From the IMG/VR virus record IMGVR_UViG_3300034120_003123: a stretch of DNA of 64,000 nucleotides, one strand, 5' to 3'. This DNA is from an uncultured virus (IMG/VR IMGVR_UViG_3300034120_003123) (Duplodnaviria; Heunggongvirae; Uroviricota; Caudoviricetes). Positions 44,901 to 50,864 of this stretch are shown in pieces (position 1 is the first letter of the stretch; each line of letters begins with the position of its first letter). Under the pieces are notes generated by a model, which ran no database searches, was not told the DNA's origin, and saw only the letters and a program-made list of their open reading frames with translations. The translations under genes were made by a program, and so were the position numbers.

Positions 44901-46701
44901 AATCACCATTTAACAATGGACTTAGCCTGTACTCTCCAGCTTTGCATATAATCACATCTTCTTTAATAGAATTTTCTAAATGAAATGCGTGTGCTGCGGG
45001 AATCGCATTCCATAAATTTTTAAATGGGCTATTAAAAGAACCATTATTCGAATCATCTCCATTAACCGCATCTACATATACCGTATTGCCATCATAAGAG
45101 CCACGATTAACAATAAAAGTAAAATCGACTTCTCCATTATTAAAATAATTATAAGGATCAGATATACTACTATATTTAGGCAACCAAGAACCTTGAAGTA
45201 CTCTCTTTGTCCCATTATTTGCATAAACAATAGCTCTTATTGTGTGTATTCCCTCGGACCAAGAATCATTTATATCTATACTGCAAGCATACTCATCTTG
45301 CTTAGAACTAGAGTCAGCAACCGGATTTATAACACCTATAATATGAGCTCCAGATTCGTACTCTCCTCCATCGCATATAAAATCTACACGCTTTATTCCT
45401 GTAGAGTGATAGGCGACAACGGAGGCCTTTACCGACTCACCATCATGGATCCACTGCAATGGAACACTGGACCAACGAGCTATAGGAGGAGAGTCAGTAT
45501 CGGAAGTCATATCGATATTCCTTGCAAACGGATTATCAGAAGATATGGGCATCCACAAACCTGAGTCAACATTACTTGAACTACTGCTTGAACTACTGCT
45601 TGAACTACCTATGGAGCTACTGCTTGACGAATTGCCGCCTCCGGTAGTAGAGTAATTGACTAAGCCAATATTGTACCCGATTCTATCAAAAATATATTGT
45701 TTTAAAGCATCAAACCATTTTTTTGTAGCCGTTGGATTTGCAGTATTGCCGTTGTCTGATATCGTCATTCCACCCCAAGCAGAGTATAAAAAACATGTTT
45801 CATCAATACCAGGAACATAAGCAAACACTGGAGTCCCGCTGTCGCCAACCCAAACACTAAATGTAGATTGCGTTGGAACGCCGGAAACTAAACTGCCTCT
45901 ATATGCAGCATCAGGATACAAATTTATATTAAAATAATCATTTCCTAAAGAATTCAGTACAGATACAACGCTTTGAGGAGAAACATAAAAAAGTGGAACA
46001 CTTGTTGGCAAATTAAATGCATTTAAAAATTTATAAACTTTAATTTGTTGCATTTCCTGCTCTGTAAGAGCAGTGTCTAATTCAAATAAAGTATAATCAA
46101 AAGATGAATTTGGCCAATTATATCCAGGTGGAAAATTAGATGAATTACTAAAGTCTATAAGCTTTGTTGCATTTCTAGTAACTACTTGATTATTTTTTCC
46201 AAGCAAGCGTATTGAAGTGTTGTTGTTGCCAGAACCAACATAGTGTGCTGTTGCAAGAAAATGTTTTGGGCTAATCAAGACTTTTGCCCATGCTCCATTA
46301 TTCCAATGATTATAATTAGAAGCTATTTCAAAATTACCAACAGGACAGCCTAAATGGTAGCAGTCTGCATTGTTGCCAAACGACCTAAACTGGCCAGCTA
46401 TGCTAGGCAGAGTAACAGATCCACTGCCAGAATTTACCAAAACACCGGATGGTAGATACCCAGACTGACCTTCGTATTGATTAAATCCGTAACCAGGAGC
46501 ACCCCTACCTTCACGATCCATTCCGCTAAAATCAACATTAAAATTTAAATTATAAAATGGATCTTTAATAAATAAATTTTGATTATAACCAGTTGGATAT
46601 ACTCTTCTATTATTTTGCCAATTACTAGGATCTATAATCGGCTGAGACCCATAGGTGTACAGGTCATGTAAATTAGGTTTATAGTTAATTATGTAAGCCA
46701 T
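29914..46701 (-). CDS. Giant 5595-aa multi-enzyme protein: trypsin-like protease, DUF1565/beta-helix, 3x GH42/GH151/GHL6-like modules, SASA/CE6-like esterase, further TIM-like domains, 2 dockerins, poly-Ser linkers
   Basis: Protease: LISPKHFLATAH/DYTLFELD/GDSGTP. DUF1565-like: TVYVDAVNGDDSNNGS..PFK. GH modules: three copies of Y[SR]PD...EP...[ND]G..W[DS]...WPI.GA...[VI][IV]Y. Esterase: GESNSGG/GHGGS/GINDC/DIYH. Dockerin: DLNGDGVVNGADLG. No signal peptide. Confidence 0.88.
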   Translation of the reverse strand: MAYIINYKPNLHDLYTYGSQPIIDPSNWQNNRRVYPTGYNQNLFIKDPFYNLNFNVDFSGMDREGRGAPGYGFNQYEGQSGYLPSGVLVNSGSGSVTLPSIAGQFRSFGNNADCYHLGCPVGNFEIASNYNHWNNGAWAKVLISPKHFLATAHYVGSGNNNTSIRLLGKNNQVVTRNATKLIDFSNSSNFPPGYNWPNSSFDYTLFELDTALTEQEMQQIKVYKFLNAFNLPTSVPLFYVSPQSVVSVLNSLGNDYFNINLYPDAAYRGSLVSGVPTQSTFSVWVGDSGTPVFAYVPGIDETCFLYSAWGGMTISDNGNTANPTATKKWFDALKQYIFDRIGYNIGLVNYSTTGGGNSSSSSSIGSSSSSSSSSSSNVDSGLWMPISSDNPFARNIDMTSDTDSPPIARWSSVPLQWIHDGESVKASVVAYHSTGIKRVDFICDGGEYESGAHIIGVINPVADSSSKQDEYACSIDINDSWSEGIHTIRAIVYANNGTKRVLQGSWLPKYSSISDPYNYFNNGEVDFTFIVNRGSYDGNTVYVDAVNGDDSNNGSFNSPFKNLWNAIPAAHAFHLENSIKEDVIICKAGEYRLSPLLNGDYSSGTPSALALGAGRIGWLKIKALDGLSKKDVVITNRSTNFGSVANPTSYAVKSNTLVSRFTVFENITLENFYDSSTNVSGEKDYIISTDGSYGFDSRGVWLNNCSIRGRSGVSVDTLVSTLNNQVNIFFKAYPGIAQNVVGFATNCNVNSLYRGFDGFVMLKQCGIGNTVEFAIKNCASIFSCNISNVGNVGAVADSAVINFSHTSLAKSNIIVAKNQINKSAISHFRINPHRNVFDSEIYFEGFAIVSNYFSRATGGPGKSYIYNGIKQIFMSHNSMLDYLSIHDASGGVWGGDVLVSDVYCKSNLLNGIIVDSTSGSSASLGAGSVALNQGFLNSNSEISSNIFLLPTQSNNPLFLSLIVNDKNKQVNQSVHKIVKNYSEGNLSLLCVSLNGVSNPAKGIETATLLNTDILGNSYEGSKSDCGARQDCTEEVSPDIIEVADFQTVPISGFPVLGSNQVEFFQSSTFALQYQFSAFDMVLWYDQNVRNFPVSASEVGSEYYPGGSYETCQICTLGSGLCTSTVDGGINWFKRWSLPSSLTYELSTLPACGSGNTSKIAGTRAAFKEYFDVDGMIRGMSRYSPDWALVFLHGGSEPLWWDTQIPGMQQWALLADDGEESTSMGLGLDVVQAYKDASNKYKQKLMAYFFPFAWIELDSSVYPYALDIFGNHVIEGRHGPNISYRSCFNSAFVELLAKIHVEMAQKCYDLETGYGFNGCMWDAAPLFYTLDFSPDAISASGIDSTTNFPWPLNNPADGSDTTALTDFVSSVTANANPGTLLLRDPNPSFGWTQAVKDKLQAYVYALNNKQPDIVRTIREAVDQAGYSEFAILHAVGNSQPSFEWPGNSEDVVLYASGVKTEIGAEGYVRRRQAPGVTNKTGAKSVPDLWLAMHTDLLLSQARTGKRAYGWQIGQWFIPNWISGGTCDDTFKSCLTSFDSGYSGKVEFKNNVLPRDIAVRGWLENQSLLALVSHTTPEFMYAFYDWYKYDQIEDLSGFENSADAFAIQHLPFMRRISSILGSIGDANVRLFNRTNVAWCVILHRPEVGWGSYAFINTGINESYANFSYYWPIFGAVQTCVEHGIPYVIAQDDAFTVNNFTNSGVVIVPFDKNLLPISARQELDSFNGHVIYLQDEIANGQVDDNFHNTELVGNKTRGQVARDQLWTLIQQGSRNIVLQTEFSYPDSLPEKPVPIAGYEIGLDSYGNESLLVTLIADAAWHDARKFGFFGLTTNNYPINGTCGRQNLLLASPNDPENDLVSSLGLRKILDVCSCTYSDTFTTINTLAGRDCYYVEHAAAGAIPVDVLPARGKLNYYAGYPPVWNSNRGARITFNASQSPYRLRQLLLDKESGIFGPVDMFVNGDMIDVVPFEIGSVVQVQMKNEQIIPHVGICVNQDSLKISNNNEFANLLNDLQSQPTSFNVIKIRLVCGNSLVESEVVANTIFSELESHARSNPDAYDWLRNCIGEIGYPTSHTLLGFLESTEVNPCGNGDFSIGGIVIQNEGICTIASNLPSLSSLYQEVNANSACECESSSTYKIYASKAKIDRSLNPDDGSSWASFVENEISSVSDISNGLMLFIKPVSDNSSIYYNIDSNGMPIIDGVVKYISDINDAIFNYTLGEKDITDYYAGVVIDFNHLFNINDNQSSLHAYACSYPFTINSQGSDSYDNVRRAIAYVNGNLIALINAIKFINQNISVSIRGLGRINDSDFEESMTSKTPYSAINCTPNARKELSKRVSEFYGPLLEACDFIYLWNGNESAEPDLSSALDSVSASKLRLSCLVKHFEYRQADCPSIFVEINGVHLSSDGLGQNDYCKVSNAEIIKESIDPFTNKNIDGFVYYSEQENIEKLIFENCPISISNPEVYGAVNSCWDLSIDGCSDQSTLIDVFETSIYNNISFINSYINNTSSNLYVPLIIMIGESNSGGLARNSQALPEELGIRPEVKILNNYTLNFENLNISSSGNNILDHRGPNGIPDVTDSVWNSNGGSPHGWELGLANAVRDKMFSRDVAYLIKAGHGGSKIGDDSIPGDWDTSGIYWNLFLQRYSAAISELNVDGYSPQTYIWYEIGINDCISNVNVDQWKNKLVQKINNIRSVTGVNSPVFITLLPDVAKTGDLTDSISDFNNAILEICVDQQLVYWVKSDDAHLRFNDIYHWDYYGMKLISSRMSKLSANTIGEGGNYVVSLDNPPLQPDYSDYRPIVAAVPYNEEPDPVLEFVYPVFTVRGRLSGGPTLDEPGTGPTPSHIGNPSDAIGFFNARGIPAVKRFVFYFNIGSSTFDGVFADPIYNQTYDKLYNPADSCINVNGEIVKQDTLDPREGSNPTFRGNLPFISPWTLGANTRLEQFTRQWVAEYKNLNGKIYGFISDNESLNPTGFWAESSLRYDNNNTSRIPHFTKIINDPRASLTDSSAGYASEINQTLVQQLRLNDFYNINDFDVVDTKTVDDPQFRGGYLHWDYVMYRHAIWYAQKHWYDVISEYFPGHNSTHVWTFYVPKEDHFNDMNGHITYRDMLCGDTANPLLFAEAGGISVNSEIDPNNKTRTRFLSQYNPGGTPFGSRAWNALLLQQQEIKAIRRHGENQKFIPWIGSRNLTLNNAFGGKNDVNHNSLWAEGVYHLALHNPNAIYMFYPRNSDGAGDTAWYPENGLVSYQLLNSILKEVNQRTGNKIISLVESSVQRIDLDSKVLITGCKTIKNKHLWRITADVINVNEVIIDGNVFAVDSNSPAIWYETEINVGSIDILSYNAATKSIILISSVAEGPLCKQCLTYRVAPAFTADEISVDSSSLPQNVSKMIQISDKYLTRNSYDEADSCGAGVFRINACQRYAFYENDNLRYNYNGAINYINEVVLKNSDVNLIDYTGYIGAEFSKIKQLFVEYLSNASGLAVMGDSLQSGISQMFENIQAIKNSSPKAKVGLLNCPVVPFIAPNITWSSASDSVKFNYIDKCASIIEDVISESDFICLDLRQEISVKNTEEYAEYLAYIRSVSKGFNDWLASKNLVKTIFGIVSKESYVDFNALPGYQYRQSVAITADYVHGFIDSSDVILRWLELFDSDSSNDNGALSAISNVIGFEISGADSTSYNAIAAYGLNNLAELKSEISRNCRSYNSTNDNVNTIGFRPSRGPDYPEWLSNSSLAMKFNLTAEDIKSCAALAVPHMPASSSVPVDDVIVCSFINTQYISTSSLYDIQTSLPCSTTRNINTARSSFLNGLKIQDFVDYAQSYSPDILVFNAHQYDEPLWYATDTAIGQWNILTNDPRYGLGFGVDILLSYSVAANFINARCIVEINPCSFVTLPAAKYPYSLNCFGGIIKENFDGGINISIRSFLNQDYVDLTFDYHNEIFDKGIDGIMWSREVVSKFGDFSTNVIEKFARYLGYENIDDSEFKEKFPFPVACGSILGNYLYNAAGFTGSCDSSANISVEDIAFKIPTFGTIFTQDIKNTVIEYHAFCHNLANTNILYLQSKINEYYGSRVKAIIPHVENDIFYNWKSCLSAEISNYSSIVSTNSGIEKQARSRRIQNPSAASNTVDIQRPGAATVENFGLDLLSSADGKKIIVKKIPNILRYRDTDFSSLWNEFDNVNSTNIVEDGIVREDGIKGHLASCVFDYMRAGHIVMLDMPSWSTYKDDGDTLSNSYINSDPPRNDMPFILNVIDLNNQLKQNVSSLYRQNKHAWIGIHYANRARKYIHVSDAVSSNGQEFYSDINLDLSRYGYSGNMTIGEFAWPIIGAYETCIYSGISSAVINDSSLENGDFSSLKLIIIPHRKLLNSLQKDKLNQFEGSVIYLEDLLSQTGNRWYSTASDLSESTPDYVTLYNLLSLRIKNLVGSSPIKVKLNVDNSIVTDSGKYFLKPSSVFDAGLNSDVHRIVVCVSNDRNWADVRNNTNENGIFGLTSRNNDLLNTQSANQIFSSIYSNDSFYADGSYPVLGQFAYYAGDPPAGFGKSFSVFITFNNYISLVSAKQISLNFADNTVDSKVVSWSNGSSGQSISSNFISDFSWFEIEFKYETPPSSSSSSSSSSSSSSSSSSSSSSSSSSSSSSSSSSSSGCVVWTGPGCPDMDGDGFVGGADLGVYFSAFTDYNPIADLNGDGVVNGADLGILQSYWGSCVECPNWNGSSSSSSSSSSSSSSSSSSSSSSSSSSSSSSSSSSSSSSSSGCIVWNGPGCPDANQDGVVNQFDFDIFLASQEEYNPIADLNGDGFVNGNDIGVLLSFWDNCVICPNWPPSSSSSSSSSSSSSSSSSSSSSSSSSSSSSSSSSSSSSSSSINLFGVLNTRSAVGPNQPSWWSTANVHFQSFNPYATIKQIYEGNMEESASALIEPSLLLAYDNPSSGCSVRPYYSSSPNGYPPGYEFVYRSEYNWIRVEGSNFKERFNNGLNRWFNPEQRAIVAHRYRPDIVMIDLHNGDEPFIYKSAVPQAQSSLMISEEYGLPEYDMVRPFIRKSHELGMKCTAYFKPHFAFLKEDIFPPALTANGQKIRVEINLTQSCSVQRSIFNTNFKNFLKNCMIEIVTPESGGGLNCDGIYWDSSLLEEFLDFSNDAIDVFAKYLGYEGFDDPDYISWASVNFPFPKTSGWEVSTENGYVGGGDRPSYRDAYPDNTFEGLGYWNLVNNINDLDANEIANLKSYVSIIKNKYHEILREISDAVSVASNGNAVFFPGELPSWPDQPHGAVSVEIARHTHAVKTEFAVEPRGYSGLRKKSELTDSVLNNERLYCDIQRPSMYLSMTLNQKLDFASGNKTAIQWNPQRVWISDLPLGTSGAANTLTTFNSDRFYLYPTGYPLFFERGLGREDSIHGYLRAVYQIMIKNGNIFDFNTWYGTGWTGDQDEFIQDATLINNDGYYNNPNKGVSPGNTYSFWRKALYHARKMKEEIIKEGLILSIREAYSWAAIHVSTAGRIGINAPVAWGSGYVTGSNKLINLTNNTNSLGQNWGEFWWPILGAMQSFENKMIPYSLVLDDQLKNGELNGIKVIVVPHREWLSLAQELRLVEFVSRGGKVVYMDEIFNVT
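32138..32257. repeat. 12-bp tandem repeat (GAACTAGAAGAA)n with occasional 9-bp units; poly-Ser
   Basis: Read directly from the sequence. Confidence 0.95.
32262..32463 (-). other. Dockerin-like domain (second in the 5595-aa protein)
   Basis: GCPDANQDGVVNQFDF...IADLNGDGFVNGNDIGVLLSFW. Confidence 0.85.
32465..32584. repeat. 12/15-bp tandem repeat (GAACTACTGCTT / GAACTACTGCTGCTT); poly-Ser
   Basis: Read directly from the sequence. Confidence 0.95.
32590..32790 (-). other. Dockerin-like domain (first in the 5595-aa protein)
   Basis: GCPDMDGDGFVGGADLG...IADLNGDGVVNGADLGILQSYWG. Confidence 0.9.
32791..32899. repeat. 15-bp tandem repeat (GAACTACTGCTGCTT)n, imperfect; poly-Ser
   Basis: Read directly from the sequence. 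Confidence 0.95.
38390..39175 (-). other. SASA/CE6-like SGNH acetylesterase domain within the 5595-aa protein
   Basis: IMIGESNSGG (catalytic Ser), IKAGHGGS, WYEIGINDC, DIYHW (DxxH). Confidence 0.85.
45574..45630. repeat. Short poly-Ser repeat using the GAACTACTGCTT unit
   Basis: Same unit as the tract at 32465; separates the protease domain from the rest of the protein. Confidence 0.85.
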
Positions 46702-46768
46702 ATATTATTAACGGGTGAGCATATATTTAAAATAAACTGATGATACCATTTATATGAATATACATATA

Positions 46769-46783
46769 TATTTCGTATAAATT
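46769..46783 (-). promoter_or_regulatory. Candidate promoter motif AATTTATACGAAATA upstream of the 5595-aa gene
   Basis: In the 90-nt AT-rich spacer; shares TACGAAATA with 29876. Confidence 0.4.
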
Positions 46784-46791
46784 TTATTATT

Positions 46792-48498
46792 TTAAGGAAT
46801 ATACGGCTTAATACTCGGATATTTGATAATATCCTTATTTTTTTGCTTCTGCCTTGCGTCGTCTGCCAGAGATACATTTCCATGAGAAATCATATAATTA
46901 CCACCAAAAAAATTACCATGAGCCGAAGTTTTTTCAATTCTTATTGGATCTCCAGATCCGTCGTCTATATAATTTCTCATAACAATATTTCCAGAAAAAG
47001 ATCCGCTGTTATTTGAATCTCCTACAACATTTACAAAAGGACAACTACCTATTTCTACGTCTCCAGCCTGACTGCAATTATTCATCATAATAAAATTATT
47101 ACGATTTGCATTAACTCCATTAACAAATACAAATGGCTTATCTGTATCTTTGAATATAACATCAGAAATCATATTTCCATAAGATCCATTGAATATTAAA
47201 AAACCATCACGAACTGAACTATTATTAACATTACAATTTTTAATAGCAATATTTTGTCCATTCAAGTAAAATTTACAGTTAAAAAATGAACATTGAAAAA
47301 ATAACGAACCATCTAAAATTAATTGTGAATTTCCTGGAGATCCAAATATAACATTTTTAAAAATACAATTATAAAATCTAGAATTCCTCATATCTATTTT
47401 TTGAGCACAGTCTAAAGAACCGGGAGTTGAAGCAATATGTTGAACAAAATCTCCTGGTCCTAAAAAATTAGCTGTATCAAAAGTTCTATTTCTAAGATTT
47501 TTAACCACTTCTCCTGATTGCACCCCCATGGCTTTGTCAAATTGATTAATAACACTTGATGCAACACCCGTAGAAGATACATCTATTAAAAAATTATCAG
47601 AAGCACAATACTGTCTAGCCAAAACTGATCCATTAGCAGATGGTAATAAATATGACTTTGACTTAATATTAAGACCTACTTTTTTACAAATATTATCAGC
47701 AGTTAAGGCTACAAAACTCTCAATATTAGAAGAAGATATAGACACATTGTTATTAACATAAGTGCTATTAGAAACTACATCAAAATTACTTTTACACTTA
47801 ATAATTATAGATCTTACTAATGAGTCTCCATGTTCGTATAAAGAAGAATCAGAAGGGGTCCAAGGTACAGATCCATTATATTTAAATGTATTGTAGTCTT
47901 GAGTATCCGGGTTTACTATAGGAAAATTTGAACTTGTCTGTCTGTACAAAGCCGATCTAGACTCATCGTACTCAAATTTGTAATAACCCTCTACGTAAAA
48001 CCTAAACCCTCTTCCAAAATTAGTATACGAAACTTTTGCGTGAGTGTCGTCTTGCACTCTATATATCCAAGATAAAGAATATCCAACAGTTTTAAATGGG
48101 CTGTCATGCTCTCTACAGTAAGTAATTCCACTTATTTGAAATCCATTTGCGTATAAAGGATCATTTAATTCGTAGTTATCAGCTAAACTTGGAAAGCCAG
48201 AAAACGTATAAGATGCATCTGTAGGATTGTGCCCGCCAGAAATAGCTATAGAAGTTTGAACTAAATAGTTTTTTAAAACTTGCCACGATGCTGATGGGCT
48301 TGATTTATAGCTAATTTTTACACAATCAGACTGCAAGGGCATTAATTCGCAACCCCATAAAGTAATAAGCTCATCTTTTCTGACGCAAAAAGCTTCTTCG
48401 CCTAAATCTGAATCAATATAGCGAACAGCAGGCGCTACTGACCTCATGCCAGCAAGCTTGCGTAAACCTAAATGAAAACTGTGATCGGTGTACCCCAT
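46792..48498 (-). CDS. Beta-helix tailspike-like protein, paralog C (568 aa)
   Basis: Shared N-terminus LAGMRSVAPAVRY..LWGCEL..DCVKI, EGYYKFEYDE, IDMRNSRFYNCIFKNV repeats. Confidence 0.75.
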   Translation of the reverse strand: MGYTDHSFHLGLRKLAGMRSVAPAVRYIDSDLGEEAFCVRKDELITLWGCELMPLQSDCVKISYKSSPSASWQVLKNYLVQTSIAISGGHNPTDASYTFSGFPSLADNYELNDPLYANGFQISGITYCREHDSPFKTVGYSLSWIYRVQDDTHAKVSYTNFGRGFRFYVEGYYKFEYDESRSALYRQTSSNFPIVNPDTQDYNTFKYNGSVPWTPSDSSLYEHGDSLVRSIIIKCKSNFDVVSNSTYVNNNVSISSSNIESFVALTADNICKKVGLNIKSKSYLLPSANGSVLARQYCASDNFLIDVSSTGVASSVINQFDKAMGVQSGEVVKNLRNRTFDTANFLGPGDFVQHIASTPGSLDCAQKIDMRNSRFYNCIFKNVIFGSPGNSQLILDGSLFFQCSFFNCKFYLNGQNIAIKNCNVNNSSVRDGFLIFNGSYGNMISDVIFKDTDKPFVFVNGVNANRNNFIMMNNCSQAGDVEIGSCPFVNVVGDSNNSGSFSGNIVMRNYIDDGSGDPIRIEKTSAHGNFFGGNYMISHGNVSLADDARQKQKNKDIIKYPSIKPYIP

Positions 48499-48501
48499 AT
48501 T

Positions 48502-50853
48502 TTAAGATGGCCCAGGAACGCTTTCTCCAAATGGATATTTTCTGCTCATACTATTTTCTATAATTCTTCTTAAATTATAAATTACATTTTTACCTGCTAA
48601 TAATTCTGAATTGTCAATTTTAGGATCTTTATTGCTAAAAAACCAATTATTATCGCTAGCATAACTGGCACCAAAAGTGTAACTATCGTCTTGATAATCA
48701 ATCATAGAGCAATTAATAAGCAAATTGCTTTGTGGAGCATTAGTTGTAGTGCCGCTAATATTTAAAAATTTGTAAGAACTATACATGCAGCACCCACTTT
48801 GCTCATCTTGCGCAACCCAATTATACCCTCCCCATGGATTTCCAGTATTTTGTGCTTTTCTAAAAGTACAATTGATCAACCTATTGTTTTTACACCAATT
48901 TTGAAAATCCACATATCCACCTAATATATCATTGTACAGCCAAACATTACACTCCATGTCAAATGCCCTACCAGGATCATTGACTATGATCATACCAGCA
49001 CCACCAGAAGGTGACTCAAAAGAATTAAATGCCATTAAGTTAAGTTTAGAGTTAGTTCTATATGGACCGATTGAAGCAGGCCCCTTAGACGCCCTGTTCA
49101 TGATGTACATGTTATTGTCAAATCTATTTGAAATTTCACAATCTCCACAGCAACATGACTCGCACACCCAGTGCTCATTTGCAATTTGGAATCTATCAAT
49201 GCCATGAAGTGAATTTCTTATCCAAACACTGTCATTAAAACCACCCTTATGGAATGAAAAAAGTGTACCACGTTCAGTATATTTTTGGGTACAACCCATT
49301 ACACAACATGAACCTCCAGCGTCCCAAGATAAGCTTAAATCTGAATTTGAACTTATTTCTTCAAAATGACAATTTTTTATTAACACTCCACCGTAATGCA
49401 AATAGCCTAAACCAGCTCCTATAAAAGTGCAATTTTCAAATACGGCGCCATCAAGCATAGTGTCTTTTCTAAAAGACCAGCCAATATTATACTTATCAAA
49501 CGTGCAATTTTTAAAGACACAGCCTCTCATATCCAACAAGACATTATTATTATACTGGTCTGGAACGCTCAAAGGATTTGTAGATGACGAAGGTGTTGAA
49601 GTTCCATTATTTAAATAGGCAACAACATTATCAATGCTATCTATAGTAACAACATTATCAATGTTATTTATAGTAACAACATACGATGTAGTTGAAAGAT
49701 ATTGACTAGCTTCACTTGCAGATACTGTAAGATAGTCATTGTAATAGCTAGACGGAACAATCATAAATTGATGAACAATCGTATAGTCTGATCCATAAAA
49801 ATTGATATTTTCCATTATACCGTTACGCATATTAACATAACGGCATCCTTGCCTGAAGTAGTCTGAATATGGCCTATAAGTGTTTTCTAAAAATTGGTTC
49901 ATAAAAGAAGACATAGTATAACGTGGGGCTATAACTGCATGTCTTCCCTGCCATCCATGTGTAGTGTCAATAGTAGGCGCGCCACTTGTAGTTGTATTAC
50001 TGTTATGGTATGTATCTATATTGTAATATGAATTATTTCCAAGTAAATGCCACGGACCAACTAAATCAAGACGAACTGGATTGCCGTTTGTGTCTAGATT
50101 TGTAGAAGGAGTAAATGGTGGCAGATTTTCATACTTCACCATGCCAGGCGAAAGATTAAACACATTTCTAGTAAATGAACTTCCGTCAACTATGTCTTTA
50201 GTACGAGAAATTGCTCTAACATAAATTTCTCTTTTCAAAAAACTATTAGATCTTGCATATGACTCATTTACAGTATTGCTTTTAGATTTCTTTACCTGCC
50301 ATGTTGCAGCTCTTCTTACACTCCTATCCCCGCTACCAGGACTATAAATTTCATCGGAGCTATAATCAATTGGCAAAAAATTTGGATCCATGTATTTTGG
50401 ATTAAAAGACTCATCAATCTCTATTTTGTAGTAGCCTTCTTCCAAAAAAATAAAACATCTAAAAAAATTACTTTTAATAATTTGCTCATCATTTTTATTA
50501 ACTAGATAAGGCTCTTGCCAAAAATCATCAAATGGAACTTCTTCTTTTATGCTTATTTCATTTTTGACATAAGTTATTGTTTTTTGATTTTTAAAATTTG
50601 ATATATGAGATCCGCCATCTTTTATTAAAAATGGAGGACTATTTTCTGGGTAATGCGTTATCTTTATGCAATCATGCCCTGCGCTAAAAAGCTCTACCCC
50701 CCAAACGTACACGCTTTCATTCGCAGGTACATGTAATACTTCCTTTGAGGAAGAAACTCCAGGAACTGATTCATTAAATCTTATAGAAGGTGCAGCTCCT
50801 CTTATGCCAACCATTTCTCTTAAAGCAGAATTAGAATCGTAAGCTTGAAACAT
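48502..50853 (-). CDS. Beta-helix tailspike-like protein, paralog B (783 aa)
   Basis: MVGIRGAAPSIRF..VWGVEL..DCIKI, EGYYKIEIDE, LDMRGCVFKNCTF; SD AAGGA upstream. Confidence 0.75.
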   Translation of the reverse strand: MFQAYDSNSALREMVGIRGAAPSIRFNESVPGVSSSKEVLHVPANESVYVWGVELFSAGHDCIKITHYPENSPPFLIKDGGSHISNFKNQKTITYVKNEISIKEEVPFDDFWQEPYLVNKNDEQIIKSNFFRCFIFLEEGYYKIEIDESFNPKYMDPNFLPIDYSSDEIYSPGSGDRSVRRAATWQVKKSKSNTVNESYARSNSFLKREIYVRAISRTKDIVDGSSFTRNVFNLSPGMVKYENLPPFTPSTNLDTNGNPVRLDLVGPWHLLGNNSYYNIDTYHNSNTTTSGAPTIDTTHGWQGRHAVIAPRYTMSSFMNQFLENTYRPYSDYFRQGCRYVNMRNGIMENINFYGSDYTIVHQFMIVPSSYYNDYLTVSASEASQYLSTTSYVVTINNIDNVVTIDSIDNVVAYLNNGTSTPSSSTNPLSVPDQYNNNVLLDMRGCVFKNCTFDKYNIGWSFRKDTMLDGAVFENCTFIGAGLGYLHYGGVLIKNCHFEEISSNSDLSLSWDAGGSCCVMGCTQKYTERGTLFSFHKGGFNDSVWIRNSLHGIDRFQIANEHWVCESCCCGDCEISNRFDNNMYIMNRASKGPASIGPYRTNSKLNLMAFNSFESPSGGAGMIIVNDPGRAFDMECNVWLYNDILGGYVDFQNWCKNNRLINCTFRKAQNTGNPWGGYNWVAQDEQSGCCMYSSYKFLNISGTTTNAPQSNLLINCSMIDYQDDSYTFGASYASDNNWFFSNKDPKIDNSELLAGKNVIYNLRRIIENSMSRKYPFGESVPGPS

Positions 50854-50864
50854 AGTTTTCCTTT

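Noticed and set aside
8703..46701. Stop-codon reassignment as seen in some huge phages
   Set aside because: Genes tile almost perfectly under the standard code, and TAA, TGA and TAG all end genes at tight junctions.
46751..46768. Inverted repeat TATATG-N6-CATATA as a terminator
   Set aside because: A weak 6-bp AT-rich stem is expected by chance in this composition.
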